Source of the DNA: a virus
Taxonomy: Duplodnaviria > Caudoviricetes
Length of the DNA: 53,561 nt
Virus record (IMG/VR): IMGVR_UViG_3300031949_000052
Location: 1 to 53,561 of that record
Strand: one strand, 5' to 3'
Part shown: positions 42,966 through 53,079 of the stretch, one piece after another
Numbering within the stretch: the first letter of the stretch is position 1
Layout: the number at the start of each line of letters is the position of its first letter
Made by a program: the position numbers and the translations under genes
Notes under the pieces: model-generated
The model's input: only the letters and a program-made list of their open reading frames with translations
Database searches by the model: none
What the model was told of the DNA's origin: nothing

Positions 42966-44224
42966 TTGGGTATCTCCCCAAAGATACCACCTTGAATTAC
43001 AGCCCCTCCACCATCTCCATAGAAAGTGCCGGTTCCCGCAGCAGAACTATATTCTTTCCAAATGGCAACATGTCTACCTAAACCAGGATAACCGGTATAA
43101 AAGGCTGAAACACCAACCAATTCACCTGTTACTGAAACCGTTGGAACGAGTGTAATATTATCAACAATAGTTGTAGTATTTAAGGTATCTACGTCAATAC
43201 CCAATACACCAAATTGACTGGCTGTAGTATTTTTATAAGTTGTTGATACAGTTGCTTTCATTAAACCACCGGCAAGAGATTGTAAAAGGTCTAGTTGATT
43301 AGCAGCATTTGCATTAGCTTGCCTAAACGTAGCTGTAGTGTAGTTCCAAGTACTAGTACTTTCTATAACTTTCATAGGGCGCATTACTGCATTGTATATA
43401 TTAGAAACCCACCTAAAGGCTAAACTATCCACTAGTTGTGAAGAACTATTAGATCTTACTGAACCAACTAGAGTGCCACGTTGAGCTGCAGGTCCATTAG
43501 TTACAGAATTAGCATTTAACCAAATACCTTCTACTTGAGTAACTTCTGAAGTTCCAGCACCTGATCCACGGCTTGTATCAGAAGACCAAGCCGGTCCACG
43601 GGTACAGCGTATAGTGCCTGAGTCATTCCATACAAACAGATCATAGACAGAACTCGCACCTACGGCTGCAGGCGACTTAGTTGCGTCTGCCGTTGTTTGT
43701 GAAAGTTCACCACCAGTATCTGTACTTACAAAATCAGTACCATTATAGATTGGAACAAACCTTCCAGTCACTGGAGTGTAATAAATTGTAGTTGCTCCTG
43801 ATACGTCAGAACCAGTTACCGCAACACCTGTAGTAAGAGTTAACCTACCTTGGGGCATTACAACGACTGTAGTAGTATCCGGTGTCTGCCAGGAGACATC
43901 ATAATCAGAACCACTGTCTTTAGTTAAGACTTGGTCTGTAGTGCCACCAGCAGGAATAGCATTTAGTGTAATAGAACCACCACCAGTAAAGTCTGAGAGT
44001 TCTTGTAAGCGAAGGGGCTCTGTAGCTGCAATAGGTTCAGGAAGATTTAGAATTCTATTGGAATTCATATCAATACTTGCATCCATGGAATTAGGACTAG
44101 TACCGTCTCTTGACAGAGTATTCTCTATGGCCGTTTCAATTAACGCACTATTGTTATTAATAGCACTAACAGCCGTAGCTTCATTTTGTAAGTTTGCTAG
44201 TTCTGCTAGCGTTAATTTTGCCAT
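42962..44224 (-). CDS. Tail fibre protein 1
   Basis: Paralog of 40376-42121 at both termini. Confidence 0.8.
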   Translation of the reverse strand: MAKLTLAELANLQNEATAVSAINNNSALIETAIENTLSRDGTSPNSMDASIDMNSNRILNLPEPIAATEPLRLQELSDFTGGGSITLNAIPAGGTTDQVLTKDSGSDYDVSWQTPDTTTVVVMPQGRLTLTTGVAVTGSDVSGATTIYYTPVTGRFVPIYNGTDFVSTDTGGELSQTTADATKSPAAVGASSVYDLFVWNDSGTIRCTRGPAWSSDTSRGSGAGTSEVTQVEGIWLNANSVTNGPAAQRGTLVGSVRSNSSSQLVDSLAFRWVSNIYNAVMRPMKVIESTSTWNYTTATFRQANANAANQLDLLQSLAGGLMKATVSTTYKNTTASQFGVLGIDVDTLNTTTIVDNITLVPTVSVTGELVGVSAFYTGYPGLGRHVAIWKEYSSAAGTGTFYGDGGGAVIQGGIFGEIPN

Positions 44225-44237
44225 ATATTGTTCCCTT

Positions 44238-44278
44238 TAAAATTGTGAGGGGAAACAAAGCCTCCCCCCAGGCTTTTA
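44238..44278 (-). terminator. Possible terminator after capsid genes
   Basis: GGGGAGGC-TTT-GTTTCCCC hairpin, weak U tract. Confidence 0.4.
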
Positions 44279-44279
44279 G

Positions 44280-44804
44280 TTACGAAGTAACAAACGAAGT
44301 GGCAACTGTACCCGAGGCTCTATTAAAGCCAGAGACAGTCCACTTGTTAGCTGCCGTACAAGTCACGTTAAGTACAGCACCAACAAGACCACCAGTAGTG
44401 GTTCCATTCATACTAAAGTTATCGTGAGTTGAGCCGTCTCCCGTAAAGATAACGCCCACAACACCCGTACCGTCGATATCGAGTGAATTGTAAGTACCAT
44501 CAAAGAACGTAGTTCCCTGAGTTGCGGTAGACAGTTTGTACGCGTTAGAAGTTACAGAAGTAACAACAACAAAATCATAGGTCAGACCGATAGAATAAGC
44601 AGGCAGCGTGATTACCACGCCGTCTGCCTTATCTAGGTATACGGTCGTACCGGATTCTGCTGCTGTCAGAGTTCTGGTAGCACCAGTTGTGTGCCGAATA
44701 ACTCGGGACGCAACACCAGTGCCGACAGAATTAGGGGCAGTTACTCCCACCCGTAGAGACTCTACGGTGAGATCAATGCCGCCAAAATCAACAGCAGTTC
44801 CCAT
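44280..44804 (-). CDS. Putative capsid-associated/decoration protein
   Basis: AAGGAG RBS; TLTAAESG..VITLPA..GLTYDFVV beta-rich; downstream of capsid genes. Confidence 0.65.
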   Translation of the reverse strand: MGTAVDFGGIDLTVESLRVGVTAPNSVGTGVASRVIRHTTGATRTLTAAESGTTVYLDKADGVVITLPAYSIGLTYDFVVVTSVTSNAYKLSTATQGTTFFDGTYNSLDIDGTGVVGVIFTGDGSTHDNFSMNGTTTGGLVGAVLNVTCTAANKWTVSGFNRASGTVATSFVTS

Positions 44805-44814
44805 GTTGTACTCC

Positions 44815-45306
44815 TTAAACGCGGATCAAGAACAGCTTGAGCCGGATTTTGCCTGCCGTGAAGGCAGTCGCATCCGTGCGCGAAGCAGTGATGAGTCCGA
44901 TATTAGCCAGCGGCGTGCCGGAACCCACAAGGGCACCGACTTGCGTGCCACCCTTAACCAGGGTGACAAGATTGCCAGCAGACATAGTTGCAGTATCAAA
45001 CGCAGCTAAGAAACCATTGTAATCAAGTTCAGTCGTACGGTCCGTACGAATTAACCCAACGTCAATTGCGGTGCCAGTAGCGGCAGCGTCCTCAACATGC
45101 ACTTGCACTTTTGCGACATCGTAACCAGCAGGAACGAACGTAGTGTCGGACTGAACAACCTCAGACGCAGTAAGCGTCGTTAAGTCAATTTCAATTTCAA
45201 CAGTACGAAATTCCTCAAGGGTACGATATTCGCCGCCTGTATTAGCAGTGGCCTTTGCAGGGCCAAATACTAAATGTAGGCCATCGGGGTTATCCCATGT
45301 TCCCAT
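44815..45306 (-). CDS. Minor capsid/decoration protein
   Basis: GGGAGG RBS before ATG 45306; MGTWDNPDGL..FG; directly after MCP. Confidence 0.7.
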   Translation of the reverse strand: MGTWDNPDGLHLVFGPAKATANTGGEYRTLEEFRTVEIEIDLTTLTASEVVQSDTTFVPAGYDVAKVQVHVEDAAATGTAIDVGLIRTDRTTELDYNGFLAAFDTATMSAGNLVTLVKGGTQVGALVGSGTPLANIGLITASRTDATAFTAGKIRLKLFLIRV

Positions 45307-45322
45307 ATTTAAATCCTCCCTA

Positions 45323-46282
45323 TTAAACCACGATATTAACGTCCGAGAGGACGATAACCATGTTTTCAGTGCGGTACAGCTTAAAGCCATATTCAGTGAT
45401 CGTTAGATATTCAGTTTGCTGAAGATCCTTATTGAACTCTGAAAAGACCGTAGGCGTCTGAGTGAACGCGCCAATAATTGGCATCGTGTCACCCGGGGTC
45501 GCCGAGAAGAACATGTTGGCAACACCAACGGTAACCGAGCGTCCATTGATCGTCTCTGCGATATCTCGTGGGAGATAGTTAGAAACGTAGACGTCGAAGC
45601 CGTAGATATTGAACCTGAACTTCATACCAGTCGTAAGGCCATCTTTCACCAGGGCATCCCACATGGGGACTGGTGACAGAAGGTTCACGATATTGGTTTG
45701 GGTCTGTAGCGTATAAGCGACCGTGGGGTCAACCACAGCCACGAGATTAGTCATTGGCACGTTGGCCTTGGTCAGCGCAAAATGCGCCTTCGCAAAGTCA
45801 ATGAGAGCCATTGATTCATTCGTACCTGAGGCAACCCAGCGGTGATCCGCTTCGTTAATTGTGTTTAGATTGCTTGCCGTTTGTCCAGCATTAGCGCGAT
45901 CAAAGATACGCGTTTCGACGCCTTCCATAATAGCTCGGTGTTGCTTGGGCGAGAACGAGGAAATGACCTCTGATGCATAGAATGCATCTCGCTTATACTT
46001 CTCCGAAATGGCATTAGCAGAGTACTTATACTGATCGATGATGAAAGTATAATTACCTTCGTCGAACTTATTGTACTTAACTGCCTGTCCTTCAACGAAG
46101 TCTGCAGTTTCTGCCTCACCAATAGATGGAATGTTAACCGTGGTGCTGCCACCCGGAACATCGATAATACGGACAAACTTCATGGCCACGAGTTCATCGA
46201 GCAATAGCTGCTTTAACTGTTTAGATAAAACGCTAGTGTCAATAAGGAACTCGTTATTAGCAACCGAAAATGCGGTAGCCAT
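45323..46282 (-). CDS. Major capsid protein
   Basis: AAGGAG RBS; TVNIPSIGE, FIIDQYK, AVVDP, NIYGFDVYVSNYLP, YGFKLYR.EN. Confidence 0.9.
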   Translation of the reverse strand: MATAFSVANNEFLIDTSVLSKQLKQLLLDELVAMKFVRIIDVPGGSTTVNIPSIGEAETADFVEGQAVKYNKFDEGNYTFIIDQYKYSANAISEKYKRDAFYASEVISSFSPKQHRAIMEGVETRIFDRANAGQTASNLNTINEADHRWVASGTNESMALIDFAKAHFALTKANVPMTNLVAVVDPTVAYTLQTQTNIVNLLSPVPMWDALVKDGLTTGMKFRFNIYGFDVYVSNYLPRDIAETINGRSVTVGVANMFFSATPGDTMPIIGAFTQTPTVFSEFNKDLQQTEYLTITEYGFKLYRTENMVIVLSDVNIVV

Positions 46283-46298
46283 CAGTTAGTCTCCTTAA

Positions 46299-47066
46299 TT
46301 ATCCAATCGCATGCCAGTCACCATCCTCGAATTCCGTTCCGAGTGCAGCTCTGTCACGCATTAATTGGACTTGAGTTTTTGAATCTAGATATCGAGCAGG
46401 TTCCTCTTTCTTCATCTTTTGATAAAACGCCCAGGTCCGCTTCTGTAGAGAAGGTGCGAAGCTGTCACTTCGCTGCTGAGAACGTGGAGGGGCTTGGAAT
46501 TGTTCTTGTGGAATGTCTCGGTCCAAACCTAAAGTCCTAATAAGGAGCTTAGGCTCTTTCTTTGCCATTTCATTAAGTCGATCCCGAGTTATACCTAACT
46601 CTTCAATCTGTTGCTTTACAACGTCATCGTAATTCGAACCGTAACGTTGTCGTAGTTTGTCCTGTACAAGCCGGAAGTTCTCTTCTTGTTTCTTCCCCTG
46701 TTCAATTTCTTGAACCTTGGAAGAGATGATATTTCCTAATTGTTCAGGATCAAAGACGGGCTTATTCTCACTCACAGTAAGGGTATCGTCGTGATCTGAT
46801 TGCTGCCGTGGCTTGGATAGTTGGTCTACCAATTCCTCCAGCTTAGCCCTCGAATTGTAGTCTTCTCGAAGCCTAAGGTACTCTTCGCGTAAAGCGTCGA
46901 ACTCCCTATTCTTATGTTCAATGAACATATCAGCTTCGTATTTGCCTCTCGCTAGAGCTCTCTCGTCTTTGAACTTTTTGTTCTCTCCGACTAGCTCTGC
47001 GAAGTAATCTTTAGCAGGGTCAACAATGGGTTGGTCACCACCGCTCAGTAAATCTTGGTCAGCCAT
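46299..47066 (-). CDS. Capsid scaffolding protein
   Basis: ELVGENKKFKD..ALA.GK.EAD.FI; coiled coil; position between portal and MCP. Confidence 0.8.
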   Translation of the reverse strand: MADQDLLSGGDQPIVDPAKDYFAELVGENKKFKDERALARGKYEADMFIEHKNREFDALREEYLRLREDYNSRAKLEELVDQLSKPRQQSDHDDTLTVSENKPVFDPEQLGNIISSKVQEIEQGKKQEENFRLVQDKLRQRYGSNYDDVVKQQIEELGITRDRLNEMAKKEPKLLIRTLGLDRDIPQEQFQAPPRSQQRSDSFAPSLQKRTWAFYQKMKKEEPARYLDSKTQVQLMRDRAALGTEFEDGDWHAIG

Positions 47067-47331
47067 TTAATGTTATAATCCTTTTGTCCAGGTCAATTAA
47101 TTCTTGTATGCGGTATAGACAGGCCCTAAAGCCGTTCTTATGCGCCTGCTTGTAGTCCCAGTTAGGGGACTCGTAAGTCTTAAGGTCCATTTCAGACCTG
47201 TCTAAAGACTTCTCGTATTCCTTCAAAATGTTCTGTTGGCGTTCTAGTACACGTCGTGCACCAATCACTTCAGCTTGGAAGGTTTCTTTTTCTTTTTGTG
47301 TACTTAGATGTTTGGTCCAGTCTAAAATCAT
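47059..47331 (-). CDS. Small conserved head-module protein
   Basis: YESPNWDYKQAHKNGFR. Confidence 0.7.
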   Translation of the reverse strand: MILDWTKHLSTQKEKETFQAEVIGARRVLERQQNILKEYEKSLDRSEMDLKTYESPNWDYKQAHKNGFRACLYRIQELIDLDKRIITLNG

Positions 47332-49154
47332 TGCACCATTGGTCCTGCTGCTGGGGGTTGACCACCTTCAAGGGGTGGTTGGGCTGCAGACATATCAAAG
47401 TCTCCACCTATACCCGTAGCTGTACCCATCTCAGCGAACAACTGTTCCTGCATTGCTTGTACTTGCCGCTGGGCATCTGCCTGCTCAGCAAGAGCGATGT
47501 AAGGAACAACCACTTCAAAGTCTTCTAGATTGAAGATATGCTCTAGTATCTTGGCTAGTTTAATCCCAGAGAAGTGAGGTTGAACTGCGGGCCATAGATT
47601 TGACTGGGTCAAACTGGTAAGGTTCTGTACTAACTCAGCCTGTTCGGCAAAGTGTCGTGCAGCAATTGGTTTAATTCTGCCCACACCGGTAATGTCTTCG
47701 ACAGTCAAGGTCTGGAAGGTAGCCAGCTTGAAATCATCATCCATCACACGAATGGTAAACGTGCCTGTTAGATTACGCCGTGCTAGTTCTAGCTTGGCAT
47801 TAAGAACACGCTCTAAGAATTCGGAGAACTGATTAATCTTGTTTTGGAAGATACGTGATGCAGCATTCTCCATTCTCTGCACCTCATACTTAGTTTTCTC
47901 ACCTGGAGTACGGAAGCCCATGGCCTCGCGCGGTGCGCCAGCCATCTCTTCCATTAGACGCTCTAGGTTTTGTATTTCGAAATTAGCCTGGAGGGCATTC
48001 ACATCTGGAACAACCATGTCCACGTCACCCTCTTCGGATACGTAGATCTTTTCACCTGGCTGCCAAGTGTAGTCCTCAACAAAGCCTTTAATCTTTTGAA
48101 CTGGATATGTTACCAAGTCGAAGATATCGGCCTTCATATTCTCCACGTGATCCATTCGGTATTGCATACCAACAAGATTATCTAGAGGACCCATGCCCCA
48201 CAGGTTATCTTGCTTCTTGCGCCACGCACTGTGGAAAATCGGGGGGTACCCGAAGAAACTTGGATTTGGCTTTTTGCCAATTAATTTATGTCTATCGACC
48301 ACAGTAATAACGTGGTTCTTTAATAACTCATCCCTATCCGAATCGTATAAGTCACCGTAAAAGGTTAGGACTTCCACTGTATCTGAACACAGGTAGTCTC
48401 TAAACGAACCGAAGCCATCAACGGTATATAGGTTGTCTCTTTGGGAAAAGTCTCCCTGGAAACTCTGTGCATTACTGCGAATGTCCTTCAAGTATCTCCA
48501 AAGGTCTTGGTATTCCTCATAATTATCATCTTTGGAAACGCGTTGAAGTAACTCTTTTAGTTCCCCCATTGTAATAAAAGAACGAATGATCTTAGGAGAT
48601 TGTTCAAAGTTCTCAGCAGTTGGGTTCATTACAATGTCCAGAGGATTGATCCGTCTGAGGACTGGACCTACATAACCCGCCTGAGCTTTTTCTGGCATAT
48701 CGACGCGTTCATCAAGCCAATCGACAGTAGCGAAGCAATTACCATACTGAATGTAATCTAGAACTATCTTATCAACTTCATGTTTGAAGTGAGGTTGATG
48801 AATAACCCACGACATATAGTTTGTAATTGCATCACGTTTATCAACGGACTCGGCATTCTTTTCATTAGCTTCCCAGACTAACCACTTACGCTGTGGAAAC
48901 AACGTAGCTACATAATTAGAATATAGGTTGTCCATGATTTGACATAGCTTAGGGATTGTGGTCTTATTCTTCCAGGGAAGGTGGGAGTTAGACGTATGTG
49001 ATGTATCCGTAGCATATATGTACTGGCGAACTTCCTCACGGTCATTCTTCCAGGGTTGTCTCCGCATATCCCATTCGATCCAGGTCTCGGTAATCCGAGT
49101 TGCCATACGATCAGGAGTAATGAGGTCTTCTAATTCTAAAACTTTACTTGTCAT
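47328..49154 (-). CDS. Portal protein
   Basis: 608 aa after terminase; LPWKNKTTIPKLCQI, GMGPLDNLVGMQYR, MGFRTPGEKT. Confidence 0.92.
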   Translation of the reverse strand: MTSKVLELEDLITPDRMATRITETWIEWDMRRQPWKNDREEVRQYIYATDTSHTSNSHLPWKNKTTIPKLCQIMDNLYSNYVATLFPQRKWLVWEANEKNAESVDKRDAITNYMSWVIHQPHFKHEVDKIVLDYIQYGNCFATVDWLDERVDMPEKAQAGYVGPVLRRINPLDIVMNPTAENFEQSPKIIRSFITMGELKELLQRVSKDDNYEEYQDLWRYLKDIRSNAQSFQGDFSQRDNLYTVDGFGSFRDYLCSDTVEVLTFYGDLYDSDRDELLKNHVITVVDRHKLIGKKPNPSFFGYPPIFHSAWRKKQDNLWGMGPLDNLVGMQYRMDHVENMKADIFDLVTYPVQKIKGFVEDYTWQPGEKIYVSEEGDVDMVVPDVNALQANFEIQNLERLMEEMAGAPREAMGFRTPGEKTKYEVQRMENAASRIFQNKINQFSEFLERVLNAKLELARRNLTGTFTIRVMDDDFKLATFQTLTVEDITGVGRIKPIAARHFAEQAELVQNLTSLTQSNLWPAVQPHFSGIKLAKILEHIFNLEDFEVVVPYIALAEQADAQRQVQAMQEQLFAEMGTATGIGGDFDMSAAQPPLEGGQPPAAGPMVQ

Positions 49155-49157
49155 TGA

Positions 49158-50741
49158 TTAAGCAACGCCGCCCCATCTAGAGTGAAACGAAAAATTGGAC
49201 AGGTTAGATTTCCTTTGTGTTATCATATTAGTTGGAGCTATCGCAAAATCAACTGCAGAAGCCAAACAGTCTTTGATGTCATCGTGTGGGGGATGCCTGT
49301 AAATCAGCTCTTCTTCTAGCGCCTGACAGTTTCCACCGGCATAATGCCAAATTTGTCTATTGTGGTAGCGGGGTTCGAGCGTAGCCATGATGCGTTCTTC
49401 TTTAGCACCGTGAATTCGTGAAGGGCTGAAGTCATCAATTGAAAGGGCCAAACCCAGGGGTCGTATGTAGCTTGCTTTGAGATCGTCAACGATCACCTTC
49501 TGTGCGGCAGTAACTTCCGCTCTAATCTTTCGGAAGCCCCACTTTTCGTGTAAACGAAGTATGTGTTTGAAGTAATCCGAAACAGCAGATGTCTTAAAAC
49601 GATCAATCTCAAGAATATAATAGTTGCCTTGAGAATCTGCTCCTATAACGACAATAGCCGTATAGTCACTCTTCTTCCCTAGTGTATAAGCAAAATCAAC
49701 TGCAGCAACTAAGTTAAGACGGTCTGCTTTGAAGAACCATTTTCCATCACGACGTACTAGGTATTGAGGTTCGTAGTACTGAAAGTAGTCTCTCTTGATT
49801 GTAGACGATCCGGCATCGTGAGGGTCGTTGTAGTATTGGGCTCTGAACTGTGTCTTGTCTAAGTATTGGGAACGTTTGATTGCAAGGGTTTCGACATCGA
49901 AGCCGAACCATTTGCCGTCGTCCCTTTGCTGCCTTGGCCAAAGAAACTCGCCGGAACCGTCACCGATGGACTCGACTCGTATCTTTCTGACATCTTCTCC
50001 CCCAAATACCTCGAATAGGGGTGTAGCTTGGTGTACTTGACCACGTTCGTCATAGCTTTCAATCTCCATTCCGATTAGATCGGAGTATAGATCAATGGGG
50101 TGGTACCTCGTACCAACTACCCATTCACGGGCGTTAACTGTTTCGATAGACGAAAGTAACGAGTATTGTTCTTTTACTTTCTCACGTCCGTCTTCCATGT
50201 AGGCGTTTCCTGCGACGACGACGTCGTCAAGGACTGCGATATCGCAATGCATACCAACGATATTGGAAGTGAGACCAGCAGTAAATATAGAAGGGTCACG
50301 TATAGCCTCTTCTCTACGTTTGGGGTGGTCCACAGAGATTTCTCTCTCGGTCCACTTCTCCCTAAGCGCCTCCTCCTTATTGATCATATCTGGCCAATAA
50401 AGACGGTAGGCGTCGTTAGTGAGAATGTCTTTAATAAATTTAAGTTGTTTAGTGGCTAAGTTGGACGTACTTGATATAAATAAAATTCTAAGCGTTGGGT
50501 CCTTAGTTAGCTCCCATGCAACTCTATAGGCTATTAAAGCAGATTTCATGTGATCGCGTGGTAACAATAGAAGTTGATGCGACTTGGCATCCTGCCTGGT
50601 CCACCAGGCTATTACTTCGCGATGTATACTTCCTAACAGTCTGTTAGGGTGTATTAAGTTTATAAATTCGACTAGAGATAATTCAGCTAATTGTTTCCTA
50701 GCTAAACGGTCTTCAACGGTTTGTTTCTTGAGAACGGGCAC
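49158..50741 (-). CDS. terL: Terminase large subunit
   Basis: LLPRDHMKS, G.HCDIAVLDD, VGTRYHP.DLY, AQYYNDP, AVDFA..SDYT, HDDIKD. Confidence 0.95.
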   Translation of the reverse strand: MPVLKKQTVEDRLARKQLAELSLVEFINLIHPNRLLGSIHREVIAWWTRQDAKSHQLLLLPRDHMKSALIAYRVAWELTKDPTLRILFISSTSNLATKQLKFIKDILTNDAYRLYWPDMINKEEALREKWTEREISVDHPKRREEAIRDPSIFTAGLTSNIVGMHCDIAVLDDVVVAGNAYMEDGREKVKEQYSLLSSIETVNAREWVVGTRYHPIDLYSDLIGMEIESYDERGQVHQATPLFEVFGGEDVRKIRVESIGDGSGEFLWPRQQRDDGKWFGFDVETLAIKRSQYLDKTQFRAQYYNDPHDAGSSTIKRDYFQYYEPQYLVRRDGKWFFKADRLNLVAAVDFAYTLGKKSDYTAIVVIGADSQGNYYILEIDRFKTSAVSDYFKHILRLHEKWGFRKIRAEVTAAQKVIVDDLKASYIRPLGLALSIDDFSPSRIHGAKEERIMATLEPRYHNRQIWHYAGGNCQALEEELIYRHPPHDDIKDCLASAVDFAIAPTNMITQRKSNLSNFSFHSRWGGVA

Positions 50742-51003
50742 TGGTCAGTCCATCCAATCCTGCATTACGAACCTTGATGGCCCATATGTCATTTGTAACG
50801 TTATTAAAACGTTGATCATCGTATCTTTCGTGGTACTCAATCTTGTCTAAGATGGTCTTCTGCATATACTCTAGCTTATCAAAGATAACCTTCTTGGTCT
50901 CAGTGAATTGTCTATTGAGCCAGGAGTTAGCATACCAAACAAAAGTAACGATAGCCGTTAAAGAGGCTAGCGGAATTCCTATGGCCGAAATATCGGTTAA
51001 CAT
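50713..51003 (-). CDS. Small membrane-anchored coiled-coil protein
   Basis: N-terminal transmembrane helix. Confidence 0.65.
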   Translation of the reverse strand: MLTDISAIGIPLASLTAIVTFVWYANSWLNRQFTETKKVIFDKLEYMQKTILDKIEYHERYDDQRFNNVTNDIWAIKVRNAGLDGLTSARSQETNR

Positions 51004-51006
51004 ACA

Positions 51007-51486
51007 TTAAAGGACTTCAGCTTGTAAGGTTACTGTAAAGACTTCATTAGCTGCCGGCGTGTAAGCCGCATCTGCAACTAATAGACCATAAGTAACTCCA
51101 TTAGCAGGGAGGTCACATTGGCAATCTGCAGCTTCACTTAAACTGTCCTGAATCGCAGCACCGTCTGTGAAAGCTTCCATAATGGCAGCGTCTAATTTAC
51201 CCATATATCCTGAAAGATTTGTACTCCAGGCCCCATTATCACCATTGGCAACAGTAGGAGACATATCGTACATTCTAACATGGAAATTAGCATTTGCTGC
51301 TGAAGTTCCACTTTTAGTGATTCCAATTTCTCTTATGACTATTCCAGTTCCAAATGCGGTGGGAAAATGAAAAGCCATAGGAACTACTGAACCTGCGGTA
51401 GTTGAATTAGCTACTAGATCATTAGCTGCATACGCAGTAGTATCATTTGGTCTTGTGAAAGTAGCCGTAGCTGTAAAGGCTGTCAT
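51007..51486 (-). CDS. Putative virion-associated beta-rich protein
   Basis: TRPNDTTAYAANDLV..AYTPAANEVFTV; GAGGGG RBS. Confidence 0.7.
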   Translation of the reverse strand: MTAFTATATFTRPNDTTAYAANDLVANSTTAGSVVPMAFHFPTAFGTGIVIREIGITKSGTSAANANFHVRMYDMSPTVANGDNGAWSTNLSGYMGKLDAAIMEAFTDGAAIQDSLSEAADCQCDLPANGVTYGLLVADAAYTPAANEVFTVTLQAEVL

Positions 51487-51561
51487 TAGTGCCCCCTCAT
51501 ATTCTTCTTCATCATCTTCTTAGCTTTCTTAGGCATCTTATAATACCCCATTGGGTTTCCT

Positions 51562-51765
51562 TTAGGCATAACGTGTTGGTATCTCCTGAATTATAGGTTC
51601 TACTCCTTGGAGTACTGAATATATCCACATAATAAGATAACTGGCACAATGCCATCCTAGTCCTGCTAGGAATCCTATGAAGGGTAGAGCTAGTGTAAAT
51701 TTAATTAGTTTCATATTAATGGGGCCTCGAGCTTCCACATCTACGACAATGATCTCTATAAACAT
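51562..51765 (-). CDS. Small membrane protein
   Basis: Hydrophobic ORF at start of late operon. Confidence 0.45.
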   Translation of the reverse strand: MFIEIIVVDVEARGPINMKLIKFTLALPFIGFLAGLGWHCASYLIMWIYSVLQGVEPIIQEIPTRYA

Positions 51766-51887
51766 TCCATTGTTTACATTTGGGACAAACCCAGGAGGTT
51801 GTCGTCATAGTGCTTGATTAAGTAAGAAAACAGTGGTAAAAAGGATGAAAATAGAGGAAATTAGTAATATTTTATTAATCATGCAAT

Positions 51888-51916
51888 ATTATAACACAGG
51901 AGCCCCAGGATGTCAA
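51888..51916 (-). promoter_or_regulatory. Consensus sigma70 promoter facing the virion operon
   Basis: TTGACA-N17-TATAAT with TGn extension on - strand. Confidence 0.85.
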
Positions 51917-51920
51917 TTTA

Positions 51921-52000
51921 TACCCTACCCGCTAGTAGGGTAGCGGGGTACCCCTAGAAACGCACCAGTGAGCTTCCTAGGGCGTTTAACCCACCTTCTA
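51921..52000 (+). repeat. Dispersed intergenic motif copy 3
   Basis: CCCGCTAGTAGGGTAGCGGGGTAC..AAACGCACCAGTGAGCTTCCTAG..CCTTCTA. Confidence 0.7.
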
Positions 52001-52022
52001 AATCAAACAAAGGATACAATTA

Positions 52023-52265
52023 ATGACAATTGAGCGTAAAAACTTCAAATGGACTAAAAACAAGCTATTTCTTGGAGACGGGTACATTGGTAAGGTTTTT
52101 GAGGCTGAAGACGGTATTTGGTGGATAGAATTCTCAAATAAGGACAAATCTGCTGATTACTATAATTTAGATAGAGCTAAAGATAATTTGGTAAAGCTCA
52201 CTATGAAAGAAAGAAACATGTTCGAAGATGAAGAAATTAGAGAAAATGATGGAGGAAATGGCTAG
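52023..52265 (+). CDS. Hypothetical protein
   Basis: AAGGA RBS; SADYYNLDRAKDN. Confidence 0.7.
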   Translation: MTIERKNFKWTKNKLFLGDGYIGKVFEAEDGIWWIEFSNKDKSADYYNLDRAKDNLVKLTMKERNMFEDEEIRENDGGNG

Positions 52266-52431
52266 AATGCCAAGAGAAGAACACAAACGTGAACCAGGGG
52301 AGGTAAATTCATATGAGCTTTCCAATTATAGACAACACCTAGAAGGTATGCAGTATACTAAAAAGGAAATAAAACGTATGGTCCACCTGTACAGTACTGA
52401 TTCGGAGTATAGGAAACATATAGGTGATTAA
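52228..52431 (+). CDS. Hypothetical protein
   Basis: 67-aa ORF overlapping previous gene. Confidence 0.45.
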   Translation: MKKLEKMMEEMARMPREEHKREPGEVNSYELSNYRQHLEGMQYTKKEIKRMVHLYSTDSEYRKHIGD

Positions 52432-52770
52432 AAATTTCCTGGTATATTTTTATTTATGTCCTAAATGTAAAGTTTATCCTTGTTGGTGTAAGAAATCTGG
52501 TTAGATATTTCTTTGGAGCCTCGCTTCGCTCGGGAAAAGTCAACCCCCCAACCCCCGGTTGTACGGCTACGTACCGTAGTTAGCTACATATAGCAGTTAC
52601 ACCATAAATACCTTATGTATCCATTGCATTAGCAATGCAAATCATCTGCAATGCGTAGTAACTACTAAGAGTAGACAATAGATAACTACCTTATGTAACT
52701 GCTTACATAAGAGAGACATAAGATGACTACTACTTACAATAGGTAGTTAATATAAGCTATTTACAAAGCA
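52432..52770. other. Non-coding tract with C-runs and AT-rich short palindromes; candidate physical genome end
   Basis: AAATTTCCTGGTATATTT / AAATCTGGTTAGATATTT near-repeat, CCCCCCAACCCCCGG, then ACTAC/GTAGT-rich DNA. Confidence 0.4.
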
Positions 52771-52848
52771 TCTTGTTTGTGCATCACCTATGGATTGCAG
52801 TGCTATAGCCAATGGGGCGAGGGCTGCAACTTACGAGGGACAACGATC

Positions 52849-53070
52849 ATGCATGTACACATGGAAGATTTGGAAGGCGAGATGCAACAGGAACAGCTTG
52901 CAATTCATCTCAACACCGCTCGCTTCCTACTCGCCGCCGGTCGCAAGGCCGGAGCAATGGCTGCGCTGTCTCGTGCCCTTGGCGTCATCAATAAGATGTC
53001 CATGGACTACTACCTCGATCAAGAGCGTGCTTGCGTAATGCGTGCTCTGTCCTTTGCTCGCCGCATCTGA
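52849..53070 (+). CDS. Hypothetical protein
   Basis: GAGGGA RBS before ATG 52849. Confidence 0.65.
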   Translation: MHVHMEDLEGEMQQEQLAIHLNTARFLLAAGRKAGAMAALSRALGVINKMSMDYYLDQERACVMRALSFARRI

Positions 53071-53079
53071 GGCATGGCC

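Noticed and set aside
40376-44224. Diversity-generating retroelement or invertible tail-fibre cassette
   Set aside because: No reverse transcriptase or recombinase gene; both copies are full genes in the same orientation
26595-51370. Many short + strand ORFs in the virion arm
   Set aside because: Antisense to long, recognisable structural genes
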